DNA of 64,000 nucleotides from an uncultured Pseudomonadales bacterium (GTDB lineage: Bacteria; Patescibacteriota; Microgenomatia; UBA1400; MFAQ01), in NCBI GenBank assembly GCA_964586045.1, contig CAZPFY010000001.1, positions 154 through 64,153 on the forward strand, read 5' to 3'. The notes beneath the pieces are model-generated. The model made no database searches, had not been told where the DNA came from, and saw only the letters and a list, made by a program, of their open reading frames with translations. This document shows, in pieces, positions 48,570-57,677 of the stretch. The position numbers and the translations under genes were made by a program. Position 1 is the stretch's first letter. Each line of letters starts with the position of its first letter.

Positions 48570-49173
48570 AGTACAAGAAATGTTTGTTAGTGAAGAGAGT
48601 GAGAAAACAGATGAGCTGTTGCGAATAGTGAAAGAGACGAAAAATATGCGTGGTGAGCCGATATATGAAAATTCTGAAATTAGTTTGCGCGAGTTTGACC
48701 CCAAAGATTTACATCCTTCGGCGGTTTATATGTTGGAAGCTAACTTAGAGTTTCTTGAGGCAATGTACTATGACTTGTTTAAAGAAGGAATCGATATTTT
48801 TAATTTGGATCAAATTGTCGAAACAGAGAAATATGGCAAAATTGCTCCGCCAATTGTAGAGATGGCAGTAGATGAAAAAGGTAATCGGGTCCCGACAATA
48901 GTGGATGGAATTCATAGGTCAAAACTAGCGATGTATTTGGGAAAGAGAATAAAAGTGGTTTTGATTGATGGGGTTAACCCTGATTATCCCTTGATTGGTT
49001 TGCCGGCTGATTGGGATGAGGTCAAAATTTACAGAGGGAAGCCTCAGGCTGAGCCAGAACTGAGAAAGTTACGACCAGGCATGGTGGGATTGGAAGACAA
49101 AAGCCATCTCTTTAGAAATCTGGAGCCAGTGGGGGCGAACAAGAGACAGTTGATGGCTTGGCAGAAGGGGTAG
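48562..49173 (+). CDS. ParB/sulfiredoxin-fold protein
   Basis: PPIVE...IVDGIHRS...IKVVLI. Confidence 0.65.
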   Translation: MPEVQEMFVSEESEKTDELLRIVKETKNMRGEPIYENSEISLREFDPKDLHPSAVYMLEANLEFLEAMYYDLFKEGIDIFNLDQIVETEKYGKIAPPIVEMAVDEKGNRVPTIVDGIHRSKLAMYLGKRIKVVLIDGVNPDYPLIGLPADWDEVKIYRGKPQAEPELRKLRPGMVGLEDKSHLFRNLEPVGANKRQLMAWQKG

Positions 49174-49321
49174 GTGAGTTGACTTTTGACCCATAGTGTG
49201 ATAGAATACCCAATCGAGGAAGTTCATTGATTTAATATGTTTTAGTTGTCATTTTCTCTTGTTTACGCTCTTCTAAAAGAATGCGTGTGATAAGAAAAGA
49301 TGGCTAATTTGCGGAGGCAAA

Positions 49322-50140
49322 ATGGCAGATTGGAAGGAGTTGCTTGCCCAGTGGCAGCAAAATATTGAACGTAAATACCCAAAGTTGGTTGGAACGAAGG
49401 CGCTGCTTGGTGTAGCTGCCTGGTATAACCGTGTTCTTAACGAATTGGGTGACTACACCATTGAAGAGGCACCGATGGAAGATGCTCTCTGGAAAGTGGT
49501 TCACGATGACGACGGCAAACATTTGCGCATTGAGAGATACGATGGTACTTTTTTTAGAGTTATCAGCGTACTTTGTCGCAAGGGTAAGTCTACTTGGCTA
49601 CAGCCGGTACTGGAAAGCATCCATTCGCTCATGAAAGTGGTGTTGTGGGGTGAAGAGGTAGAGGTGCCGGTTTATGGACTGTTGATGGTCATTCGTGACA
49701 GTGAAGGCAAGATTTTGCTATCAATAGGCCAAGAAACCATGGCTGATACACCCAAGAAAGCGGTGGTTAGATTGCCCCTGCAAGCATCTTGGGGAAAGAT
49801 TTTGTTGATGCTGGCCGGGAAGGCGAGTGATGTAAGTATCGAAGCCTTGATGGCGATTTATGACTGCCAAACCGTGCAAGAGCTGTTAGCCCTTGCTGTC
49901 GAAAGAGGGCGAGAGCCTTTTGAGGATTTAGATCGTGGTTGGAAAAACAATGTCGTTTGGATTATGCCGACCGTACAGGTTGGTACCGAACTTCACGAAA
50001 AACTGACCTCGAACGGATCCATGATGTGGGTTGATCCTTTGCAGTGGAAGATTATCAAGATGTCGGGACTGACGGGTTTGCATACAGTTGGTCCTATTGA
50101 CATGATGTACACGTTGGATGCTCTGAAGGAATACGAGTAA
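49322..50140 (+). CDS. Divergent NDP-hexose 2,3-dehydratase-like (Nudix-related) protein
   Basis: DGTFFRVISV...WLQPVL and PLQAS; own promoter (49179-49207), SD and terminator (50148-50180). Confidence 0.5.
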   Translation: MADWKELLAQWQQNIERKYPKLVGTKALLGVAAWYNRVLNELGDYTIEEAPMEDALWKVVHDDDGKHLRIERYDGTFFRVISVLCRKGKSTWLQPVLESIHSLMKVVLWGEEVEVPVYGLLMVIRDSEGKILLSIGQETMADTPKKAVVRLPLQASWGKILLMLAGKASDVSIEALMAIYDCQTVQELLALAVERGREPFEDLDRGWKNNVVWIMPTVQVGTELHEKLTSNGSMMWVDPLQWKIIKMSGLTGLHTVGPIDMMYTLDALKEYE

Positions 50141-50196
50141 TTTTGTTGAGACTGTCTTTGATTAGGCAGTCTTTTTTTTGTGCCAAAATTTAGTTT

Positions 50197-50385
50197 AAAA
50201 AAAAGAATCCCCGCTCTGGAGCGGGGTTCGGTTGGGGTGAAGTAGGTTGCTTGGCCTAAGTGTCTGTTGTCGCACCGTCGAAACGCAACAGTGGGGCTTA
50301 GCGGGCTCTAATCACACCCTTTTGGGTATGGAAGGAGGGGGAACCTCCTTTTTCGGGGCTGGATTTCCAGCAAAAGTTAAGTTGT
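50197..50385 (-). ncRNA. Putative structured ncRNA D, about 190 nt
   Basis: Consecutive hairpins including CGT-TTCG-ACG; terminator CCCCGCT/AGCGGGG plus T8; no ORF. Confidence 0.6.
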
Positions 50386-50391
50386 AGGAGT

Positions 50392-50420
50392 ATTTTATCC
50401 TATAATTGTTTATTTGTCAA
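50392..50420 (-). promoter_or_regulatory. Sigma70 promoter for unit D
   Basis: TTGACA-AATAAACAATTATAGGA-TAAAAT; spacer resembles those of units A and C. Confidence 0.8.
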
Positions 50421-50539
50421 CTTGGGTGGCTTGGGGCGATATTTATGATATCTTGTGCCTAAAATATGACAACTGATATGACAACTGACGAAATGTACTT
50501 GACAACTATATTTAAACTGTTAAAATGTATTGTATAAGT

Positions 50540-51565
50540 ATGACCATACAAGATCAGATAATAAAAATCGCAACAAAAGAGGGAACTGTTAGGACCGCTG
50601 ATGTTTTAAAGAGTTTAAAGCCTGCGGTAACTAGGGGATACTTGAGTTTAATAATGTCTCGAATGACAAGAGATGGTTTGCTAGTGAAAACAGGATCAAC
50701 TTCAAAGTCTGTATATGCTTTGTATAAAAATGGAGATTTGCTGGGAAATGTCTTTAAAAAGCATTTGGCTAGAAGCACCACAAAAGAACATGAAGTACTG
50801 GATGTGCTTAACAGAAAAGTGCCTTTTTTGTTTAAATTGGATGAAAACTTGAGAAGCATTTTGGATTTTTCTTTTTCTGAAATGTTAAATAACGCCTTAG
50901 AACATTCTGAATCAAAGTATATTGACATTAAGGTATTTGTTGATTCTAAATACCTGAATTTTACTGTGTCTGACCTTGGTATTGGTGTTTTTAAAAATGT
51001 AATGAAGAAGAGGGGTTTGGGGTCGGAATTCGAGGCCATGCAGGATATTTTGAAAGGAAAAACTACCACTCAACCCCATGCACATTCTGGCGAAGGAATC
51101 TTTTTTACTTCAAAAATGGCTGACATATTTGTTTTGGAAAGTTATGGATACTCGATGAGAGTGGATAATATAATTCCTGATATATTTTTTGAGCAAGTTA
51201 AACCGATTAAAAAAGGAACGAGAGTGCATTTTTGCATTAGAAGAGAGACTGATAAACACTTGAAAGATACTTTTATGAACTACGAAACTGATCACGAAGA
51301 TCCCGATTTTGACAAAACAGAGATTCACGTAAAACTATATAAAATAGGCACGGTTTACGTATCTCGATCACAAGCTAGGAGAATTTCATATGGTCTTGAG
51401 AAGTTTAATCACGTTGTTTTGAACTTTGAAAAAGTACCAACTATCGGACAAGCTTTTGCAGACGAGATATTTAGAGTTTTTAAAAATAAATATCCAAATA
51501 TTTTGATTACCTCTATTAATATGAATGAGGCGGTTAAGTATATGGTTAATAGAGCGAGTAAATAG
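50540..51565 (+). CDS. wHTH plus HATPase-like plus DUF4325 (STAS-like) protein
   Basis: EMLNNALEHS, DLGIG, HSGEGIFF, SRSQARR and GQAFADEIFRV motifs. Confidence 0.85.
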   Translation: MTIQDQIIKIATKEGTVRTADVLKSLKPAVTRGYLSLIMSRMTRDGLLVKTGSTSKSVYALYKNGDLLGNVFKKHLARSTTKEHEVLDVLNRKVPFLFKLDENLRSILDFSFSEMLNNALEHSESKYIDIKVFVDSKYLNFTVSDLGIGVFKNVMKKRGLGSEFEAMQDILKGKTTTQPHAHSGEGIFFTSKMADIFVLESYGYSMRVDNIIPDIFFEQVKPIKKGTRVHFCIRRETDKHLKDTFMNYETDHEDPDFDKTEIHVKLYKIGTVYVSRSQARRISYGLEKFNHVVLNFEKVPTIGQAFADEIFRVFKNKYPNILITSINMNEAVKYMVNRASK

Positions 51566-51568
51566 AAT

Positions 51569-51772
51569 TTATTTTTTTGGCTTGGGGGGGTGTTTGGCCT
51601 CGGATTGTTTGATGCTGGTGCAGATGGGGCAGAGGGTTGGTTTGTCGGTTGACCAGTTTGTCGGTTGACCAGTTTGTCGGTTGATCGGTTTGTCGGTGTT
51701 TCGGAGTTGCTCGTAGACGGAGTAGACAAAAGGATTGCCACAGTTTTCGCATTTTAGAAGTTGGTCTTGCAT
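51569..51772 (-). CDS. Small zinc-ribbon protein with a tandem-repeat loop
   Basis: MQDQLLKCENCGNPFVYSVYEQ...LCPIC. Confidence 0.75.
   Translation of the reverse strand: MQDQLLKCENCGNPFVYSVYEQLRNTDKPINRQTGQPTNWSTDKPTLCPICTSIKQSEAKHPPKPKK
51640..51697. repeat. 16-nt tandem repeat (GTTTGTCGGTTGACCA), about 3.6 copies
   Basis: Read directly. Confidence 0.9.
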
Positions 51773-51844
51773 GAGAGTATTATATCCGCTAAGGGTGGAA
51801 GAGTACAAAAAACTCCGGCCAAAGAGGTCGGAGTGATTATAAAA

Positions 51845-52570
51845 TTAAATGCGATTGGCAAGCATTTTTTTGTAGTCTGATTCGGAGAGGTAGATGGATA
51901 GACGTTCGTAGTTTTCATCACCGAAAACCGCGCCGTCCCAATCGATACCTAAGAGGTTTTCTTTGAGATATAGACTGTCATCGGTTTCAAAATCTGCCGC
52001 CAAATAGTCCTCGGTAAAAACAACTTCCAAAATGGGATTTTGAAGAGTGTCGTCTTTGAAGAAATCAACGTCCTTTACTCGGAGGCGGAAGGAAACCATT
52101 TCGCCGGTGCAGAGTGTTGTGGAGATCTCGACCAGATCGTTCTCTGAGTCGTAACCATTGATGCTGATTTCTTTTCTGTCGCCGAACTGGAAGAACTTTG
52201 CGATGATCGACATGTTGGTGTAGTCTTCGAGGCCGTTTGCCTTTAACCAGATTTCAAATTCTTCCTCCAGGTTGATGGCAAACTCTTCTTCGTCGCTGGT
52301 GAGTACATCTTCTTCCAAAACTTCTTCTTCGAGAACCTCTTCTAAATCTTCTGTTTCCACAATGGTGCCATTTTCAGCTACATTAACGACAGGTGAAGGA
52401 ATGTTGTACCCCTGAACGTAGCTGGACATATCGCGAGGTTGATTGTACCTTTTTATGGCTAAATAGCCTTGCCAGACGGCGACCCCTACAAGAGCCAATA
52501 CGAAAACGAGGATTAAGAACTGACCAAATCCGGTGCACCAAAATGAGATTGATTCAAGACCACATGACAT
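51845..52570 (-). CDS. Acidic membrane-anchored hypothetical protein, paralog family member
   Basis: AGGAG SD, N-terminal TM, terminator at 51807-51834. Confidence 0.7.
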   Translation of the reverse strand: MSCGLESISFWCTGFGQFLILVFVLALVGVAVWQGYLAIKRYNQPRDMSSYVQGYNIPSPVVNVAENGTIVETEDLEEVLEEEVLEEDVLTSDEEEFAINLEEEFEIWLKANGLEDYTNMSIIAKFFQFGDRKEISINGYDSENDLVEISTTLCTGEMVSFRLRVKDVDFFKDDTLQNPILEVVFTEDYLAADFETDDSLYLKENLLGIDWDGAVFGDENYERLSIYLSESDYKKMLANRI

Positions 52571-52623
52571 GAGATTTTCTCCTGGTTATAAATTTGCGTA
52601 CTTACCGCATTATTATACCATTT

Positions 52624-52697
52624 TGGTGGACTTAGCCGGAATCGGACCGGCGACTCTGCAATGCGAATGCAGCGGTATACCACTTACCTATAAGCCC
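52624..52697 (-). tRNA. tRNA-Ala(CGC), CCA encoded
   Basis: GGGCTTA/TAAGTCC acceptor stem with G3:U70; anticodon arm CTGCA-TTCGCAT-TGCAG. Confidence 0.88.
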
Positions 52698-52736
52698 TAA
52701 TAACTTTGATTTTACTGGATTATGCTATAAATAGTT

Positions 52737-54440
52737 ATGGAATTTGACGATGTTAATAAGGACAGTGAGGTTTTGCGCCAACTTGGGGTAGAAATAAGTT
52801 TTGTGGAGGGGAAAAAGAATGTTTTGGTGGAGAATGAAGGATGGAGATACTATCGTAGTGAGGTTCAAGTAAAAATTGATGAGAAAAATTTGAGTATCCA
52901 GGAGTATCAGAGAGCTGGTGAGGTTTTGGCAAAGTTTAAAAACTACACCTTTAGTATTTGGAGTATTGAAAAAGTATCTAGTATGGAAGAAGTCGTTGCA
53001 ACTTTGAAAGAAGATGGGGCTTTTTTTGGTGAGTGTGGTTTGGCGTCGAACCCTGATCAGTTTGATAACGAGACCTGTTCAACTGTAGTAAGTCTTAATA
53101 ACGAAGCTAATGAAAGAAGAATAAAGAAAAAAATGTTTTTGGGTTTTTCTTGTCCTGGGTTTGGCGGATCTAGTTTGAAAGATGATGAGGTTTCGGAGGA
53201 AAATGTGGGGATTGAGTCGTATTTGCAAATAAATAATTTTATGTTGGATACCTTGGGTGTAAACGTTAGCAAAAGTGTTCTTTTGGGGCATTCTGCTGGC
53301 GGAGAGAAAGCTTTGGGGATGTCGAGTAGATTGAGAGTCGTAGCTCTAAACCCGGCGGTGCACGAAGAGGAAGATAAGGTTTTTGGAGGACTAGAGTTTC
53401 CTAATTCGATTGCTAAACTCTTTCGTACTGAGATAACTAGTAGCACGGTAGATTATTTTGTTGATAAAGTGGTCAAATACAATGTTGGTGCTACAGAGGC
53501 GATGTTGGTGGCGTCAAATAATTTGGCGATGAATGCTCAAGTGGCTAATCACCGTGAGGAGATAAAAAATAACTTTAAAGCATATATTGCTAAATCAAAA
53601 GAATTAATTAGACCAGATGTTTTGAGAAATTATGGAGGGAATCCGATGGTGGTGGTAGGTGGTAGAGCAGATAGGCTGACGCCGTGGGATAAGGCGTTGG
53701 AATCTATCAAAAAAATGATTGGGGAAAAGGGTGGAGTAAAAGTAGTTTCGGAGGAGGAACTGGGTGTTGATAAACTCCATCACGATACGGTGTTTATGAA
53801 TAAGGAGGCAAATGCGAAAGTGGCTAAGATGGCCTGGGATCTTTTGGATTTGCCGATGGTGGAGGAAAGAGTGGTGGTTGAAAAAGTTCCTGTTGCTAAA
53901 TTGGTTGTGGCTGAATTACCACAAGCAAGAGAATATGACGGTCATAAAGAAAAATTGGATATTTTGTTTCGTTGGGAAATGTTTGCTTTGGAGGCAAAAG
54001 GTTGGGTGGACTTGATTAAAAGTGGTTCTGACCAGAAGCCAACAACGAGAGATTTTGTAGAGGCATATGATAAGTGGATTTTGAGTTATGAACCAATAGC
54101 TGAAATAATCGAAAGAAAAAAACTGGACGGAAGTGGTATTGCTACTATGGTGGGAGATTTGTTTACCAGTGTCGATAAAGTGTATGACGGGGTTAAATAT
54201 CCAATGTTTTCCTTTTTTGGTCAGGCGGATACTATTTCGGAGATGCAAACCTTGAGGATTGGGTTGGGGGTACTTGCTATATATTATGGTTCTTGGAGTA
54301 AAAAAGGAGATGTTGGATCGATAGATTTTTTGGTTAGTGCTCTTGAGGAACAGATTGTGCCATTTGTGGAACGAAAAAATAATGGTGGAAAAATTGGATT
54401 AAGCCCGATTGAGTTAGCGATTAAGAGTTTGGAGAAATAA
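52737..54440 (+). CDS. Alpha/beta-hydrolase-fold protein with extensions
   Basis: PGFGGS, GHSAGG nucleophile elbow and GRADRLTP motifs. Confidence 0.65.
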   Translation: MEFDDVNKDSEVLRQLGVEISFVEGKKNVLVENEGWRYYRSEVQVKIDEKNLSIQEYQRAGEVLAKFKNYTFSIWSIEKVSSMEEVVATLKEDGAFFGECGLASNPDQFDNETCSTVVSLNNEANERRIKKKMFLGFSCPGFGGSSLKDDEVSEENVGIESYLQINNFMLDTLGVNVSKSVLLGHSAGGEKALGMSSRLRVVALNPAVHEEEDKVFGGLEFPNSIAKLFRTEITSSTVDYFVDKVVKYNVGATEAMLVASNNLAMNAQVANHREEIKNNFKAYIAKSKELIRPDVLRNYGGNPMVVVGGRADRLTPWDKALESIKKMIGEKGGVKVVSEEELGVDKLHHDTVFMNKEANAKVAKMAWDLLDLPMVEERVVVEKVPVAKLVVAELPQAREYDGHKEKLDILFRWEMFALEAKGWVDLIKSGSDQKPTTRDFVEAYDKWILSYEPIAEIIERKKLDGSGIATMVGDLFTSVDKVYDGVKYPMFSFFGQADTISEMQTLRIGLGVLAIYYGSWSKKGDVGSIDFLVSALEEQIVPFVERKNNGGKIGLSPIELAIKSLEK

Positions 54441-54472
54441 AAAAACCTCTCGACGGATCGGGAGGCGATTGG

Positions 54473-54958
54473 TTATTGAAACTTAAGGCCGGCGTTGTAT
54501 TTTTCGAACTGAGTTTTTGTACAGTGGATGTTGAGATGTTTAATGCCGCTATAGACTAGGTCGTCCCAGTCCATAGGGCCATAAGCTTTTTCGTCCAAGT
54601 AATTATCACAAAACTCGATGTTGCAATCGGGGACGGTTGGAAGGAGGGCACTGTGCTCGGGATCGATAAAAAATTTGATTTTGTCGCGGTATATTCTAAA
54701 GGGAACCGCCTGTCCATCCTTTGGGTTTCTCAAGTAAACACTAAATTGATATTCACTTTCTCTTATAATGCTTACGACTTCAATTCCCTTTTGAAAGAGG
54801 AATTGAAGGTTGGTTAATAGCACTTCTCGACGAGTGGGGAGTTTGTCTTCTTTGGCAATGAGGTGGTTGACAAATCGGACCAAGGCAAAGATGAAGATGG
54901 CGGCCAAAATAAGGCAGGGCCAGGTGGTACAGATGAATGCATATTTTTCGCAGAACAT
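54473..54958 (-). CDS. Membrane-anchored hypothetical protein, paralog family member
   Basis: GAGGAG SD; N-terminal TM. Confidence 0.7.
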   Translation of the reverse strand: MFCEKYAFICTTWPCLILAAIFIFALVRFVNHLIAKEDKLPTRREVLLTNLQFLFQKGIEVVSIIRESEYQFSVYLRNPKDGQAVPFRIYRDKIKFFIDPEHSALLPTVPDCNIEFCDNYLDEKAYGPMDWDDLVYSGIKHLNIHCTKTQFEKYNAGLKFQ

Positions 54959-54974
54959 GAATGATCTCCTCGAT

Positions 54975-55529
54975 TTATGCGTGGTTGGGATTTGTGAGGC
55001 TTTCGAAAACAGCGTCGTACTGTGCTTGAGTTACGCTAACTTCGATATTTGACGCCATCTTGAATATTTTTTCGATGGTGACGTTTTTCATTGCTGCTTC
55101 GAGATCGCCGTCGGAGTAATAGCCGCAACTGAAATCGTTTTGGAGTAAAGATTCGTCGTAAATGAAATGCGCGTTGGGCTTGTCTGCGTATGGATTAATA
55201 ATCCAATTAACGGTATTGAGATCAACTTTGATGCCTACAATAGTGCGACCCACTTGTACAGACAGAGTAATGTCTCTATCCTCCCAGTCGACTTTGGGAA
55301 TGCCAATAACATACCAGCTTCGAACACCAAACAAGATTTCAATTATTGATCTGTTGCTGCGATTGGGGAGATTTTTTTTCCTTAACCATTCCTGGTTGGC
55401 TGTTTCGATTTGGTCCTTTGCTTTTTGAGCCTTACGATTCTCGATGGTGGTGAATAGCCAAATGATTAGTCCAACTGCAACCAAAATGGCTGCCACGATA
55501 AGTGCTGCAATCAGTTTTGAATTTTCCAT
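54975..55529 (-). CDS. Membrane-anchored hypothetical protein, paralog family member
   Basis: AGGAAGG SD; N-terminal TM. Confidence 0.7.
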   Translation of the reverse strand: MENSKLIAALIVAAILVAVGLIIWLFTTIENRKAQKAKDQIETANQEWLRKKNLPNRSNRSIIEILFGVRSWYVIGIPKVDWEDRDITLSVQVGRTIVGIKVDLNTVNWIINPYADKPNAHFIYDESLLQNDFSCGYYSDGDLEAAMKNVTIEKIFKMASNIEVSVTQAQYDAVFESLTNPNHA

Positions 55530-55629
55530 TTTTACCTTCCTTCTTTTTCAAAGTGGGATAGATTTCAACCTATATTATACCACTTGATAGTGTTGTCAAG
55601 AGAGATTAGTTGGTATAATTACCTTTGTT

Positions 55630-55702
55630 GGGCCCTTAGCTCACCTGGTAGAGCGTCTCTATGGCATAGAGAAGGTAGTCGGTTCGAGTCCGATAGGGTC
55701 CA
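55630..55702 (+). tRNA. tRNA-Ala(GGC), CCA not encoded
   Basis: GGGCCCT/AGGGTCC acceptor stem with G3:U70; TCTCT-ATGGCAT-AGAGA anticodon arm; GGTTCGAGTCC T arm. Confidence 0.92.
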
Positions 55703-55736
55703 CAACTTCGTTATGATGCTCAGAATAAGGGTCCAC

Positions 55737-57668
55737 TTATTTTGTGGGTGTGGGTGTGGGGGTTGGGGTTACAACCGATTTGAGATTTTCCGTAAGATCA
55801 GTGAGCTCTTTTTGGAGTTTGTCGTAGTTTGGAGTTTGGGGAGAGATAAGAGTGAGAGCTTGCTTGAGATTGGCTTGAGCTTTGGCGTAATCCTGGTTTT
55901 GAAGATAAATTTGGTAAAGGTTGAGATAGGGAATTTCCCAGTTTGATTTAAGGTCAAGACTTTGGTTGATGAGTTTTATAGCTTGGTCTTTGTCTTGGAG
56001 GTTGTAGTACAAAATACCTAACTGAAGCCTTAGTTTGGGGTTTGTGGGGTCCAGGGAAATGGCTTGAGCCAAGTGAGAGATGGCCAGGTCTGGAGCGCCT
56101 TCGGCGACGCCAATAAAGGCTTGGTAAATTCCGGAGAGATTTTCCCAAACAAGAACGTTGACGGGGTCAATTTTGGCGGCGATACGGCCAGAGTCGATGG
56201 CGCGTTGCATGGTCTGAATGGTATTTTTTTTGTCTTCTTCGGTGGGGTCTTGTTTTTGAAGATAGTAGGTAGCGACTTGTTGGTAAGTTTGAGAAAGAAC
56301 CATGGGGTAAGTAGAGTAATAGGGGTTTAGTTTTTGGGCCTCAACTTGTTTGAGGAAAGAGCCGGTGATGTCTGTATTTATTTTTTGGCTAGCTTGATAG
56401 AGTGATTGTGAAGCTCTGTAAAAAGGAAGACCAAATGACCAGTAAGTGTAAACAGCGATCGTGGAAATAATGAGAGAAACAATGGGTAAAAAGTGGGTAA
56501 GAACTTTGTTTTGTTGGCCTTCGCTACTAATGTTAAAGTGAAGATCTTTGATTTGGGAATCGTCATTTTTTTTGTAAATTTGGGTTAGAGTTCCCAAAAG
56601 GGTGGTGGCGATCACAATACTGGTAATGCCGGTAGGAGTAATAACGAAGGAGATTAAAAAGCCAATAAGGGAAACAATGATAAAGCCAAGAATTGGTTTG
56701 GATTCGGAGTTTTTAAAACTCTTGATAGCCTTAGAAATATTTTTTGTAAATAGAACCAAAAAGCTGAGGCCACCGATAAGGCCGGAAGTAGTAAGAATAG
56801 TGAGAAGAAAGGATCCAGATTCACTAAACCGAATGTTCCAGATTTTGGTGTTGTTTAAATAGGCAGGACGAAGTTGAGTAAAAGTGGAAAAATAGTTTTC
56901 TGGTCCGGTGCCCAAAAAAGCAGTTTTGGGATTTTTGAAGATATCGAGAGCTATAGACCAGCTGGCTTTAAGTGGTAAAAGAGTGATGGGGGAAACATTA
57001 TTTTTTGGAAGAAGCAAACTGATGTCGATAATGGCGGCGGAGATGGCAAAAACGGAAATGAAGAATAAAAAGATTTTGGTTTTGGAGTTTGATTCGAGAA
57101 AAGTGTAGTAGATGGTGCCAAGAAGCAAGGGGATGGTAAGAGATAGCGCGGGGATAACGCCGCCTGTTAAGTTAAAAAAGTTGCCTTGGGTGATTTCGGC
57201 GCCAAAAAGATATTTGGTAAGGCCGAAAAAGTGAAGGATGGTGATAAGACTTATGATGAGCAGGGAAAGTAGGAGGGTAAAAAGATGTCTTTTGACTTGG
57301 CGCAGACTGGGCTTGGTGGAGGTATAGGCCAAAGTGATGAAAAAGAGAGAGGTAAAAAGAGTGGTAAGACCTGTGAGGCTTAAAATTTTGGTAGGGCTGA
57401 TAAAAAAGGCAGACGCGATGTGGGCGAGGACTAAAACAAAAATGATTTTTAAGCTAGGAGAAAGAGTAATGTTTATTTTGTTGCTAAGAATATTTTGAAG
57501 ACACCACAAAATTAAGGAGGCGCTGCCAATGGCGTTTAGAAGATAAAATTTGTTAAAAGCGAAGTAGTCGACGGTGTTAGTTAAGAAAAAAAGAGGGATT
57601 AAAAAAAAGACGAGAGTGGGGATGTTTTGGAGGGCGAAGTAAACGGTTTTTTCTAAGGAATTGCGCAT
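55737..57668 (-). CDS. O-antigen-ligase-like polytopic membrane protein with C-terminal TPRs
   Basis: About 12 TMs; FLGTGPENY and TSGLIG; AISLDPTNP TPR repeats. Confidence 0.75.
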   Translation of the reverse strand: MRNSLEKTVYFALQNIPTLVFFLIPLFFLTNTVDYFAFNKFYLLNAIGSASLILWCLQNILSNKINITLSPSLKIIFVLVLAHIASAFFISPTKILSLTGLTTLFTSLFFITLAYTSTKPSLRQVKRHLFTLLLSLLIISLITILHFFGLTKYLFGAEITQGNFFNLTGGVIPALSLTIPLLLGTIYYTFLESNSKTKIFLFFISVFAISAAIIDISLLLPKNNVSPITLLPLKASWSIALDIFKNPKTAFLGTGPENYFSTFTQLRPAYLNNTKIWNIRFSESGSFLLTILTTSGLIGGLSFLVLFTKNISKAIKSFKNSESKPILGFIIVSLIGFLISFVITPTGITSIVIATTLLGTLTQIYKKNDDSQIKDLHFNISSEGQQNKVLTHFLPIVSLIISTIAVYTYWSFGLPFYRASQSLYQASQKINTDITGSFLKQVEAQKLNPYYSTYPMVLSQTYQQVATYYLQKQDPTEEDKKNTIQTMQRAIDSGRIAAKIDPVNVLVWENLSGIYQAFIGVAEGAPDLAISHLAQAISLDPTNPKLRLQLGILYYNLQDKDQAIKLINQSLDLKSNWEIPYLNLYQIYLQNQDYAKAQANLKQALTLISPQTPNYDKLQKELTDLTENLKSVVTPTPTPTPTK

Positions 57669-57677
57669 TAAACCATT

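Noticed and set aside
51640-51697. CRISPR array
   Set aside because: Contiguous 16-nt tandem repeat without spacers; no cas genes in the window.
55695-55736. att-like duplication of the tRNA 3' end (AGGGTCCAC twice)
   Set aside because: Only 9 bp and about 30 bp apart, with no cargo or integrase.
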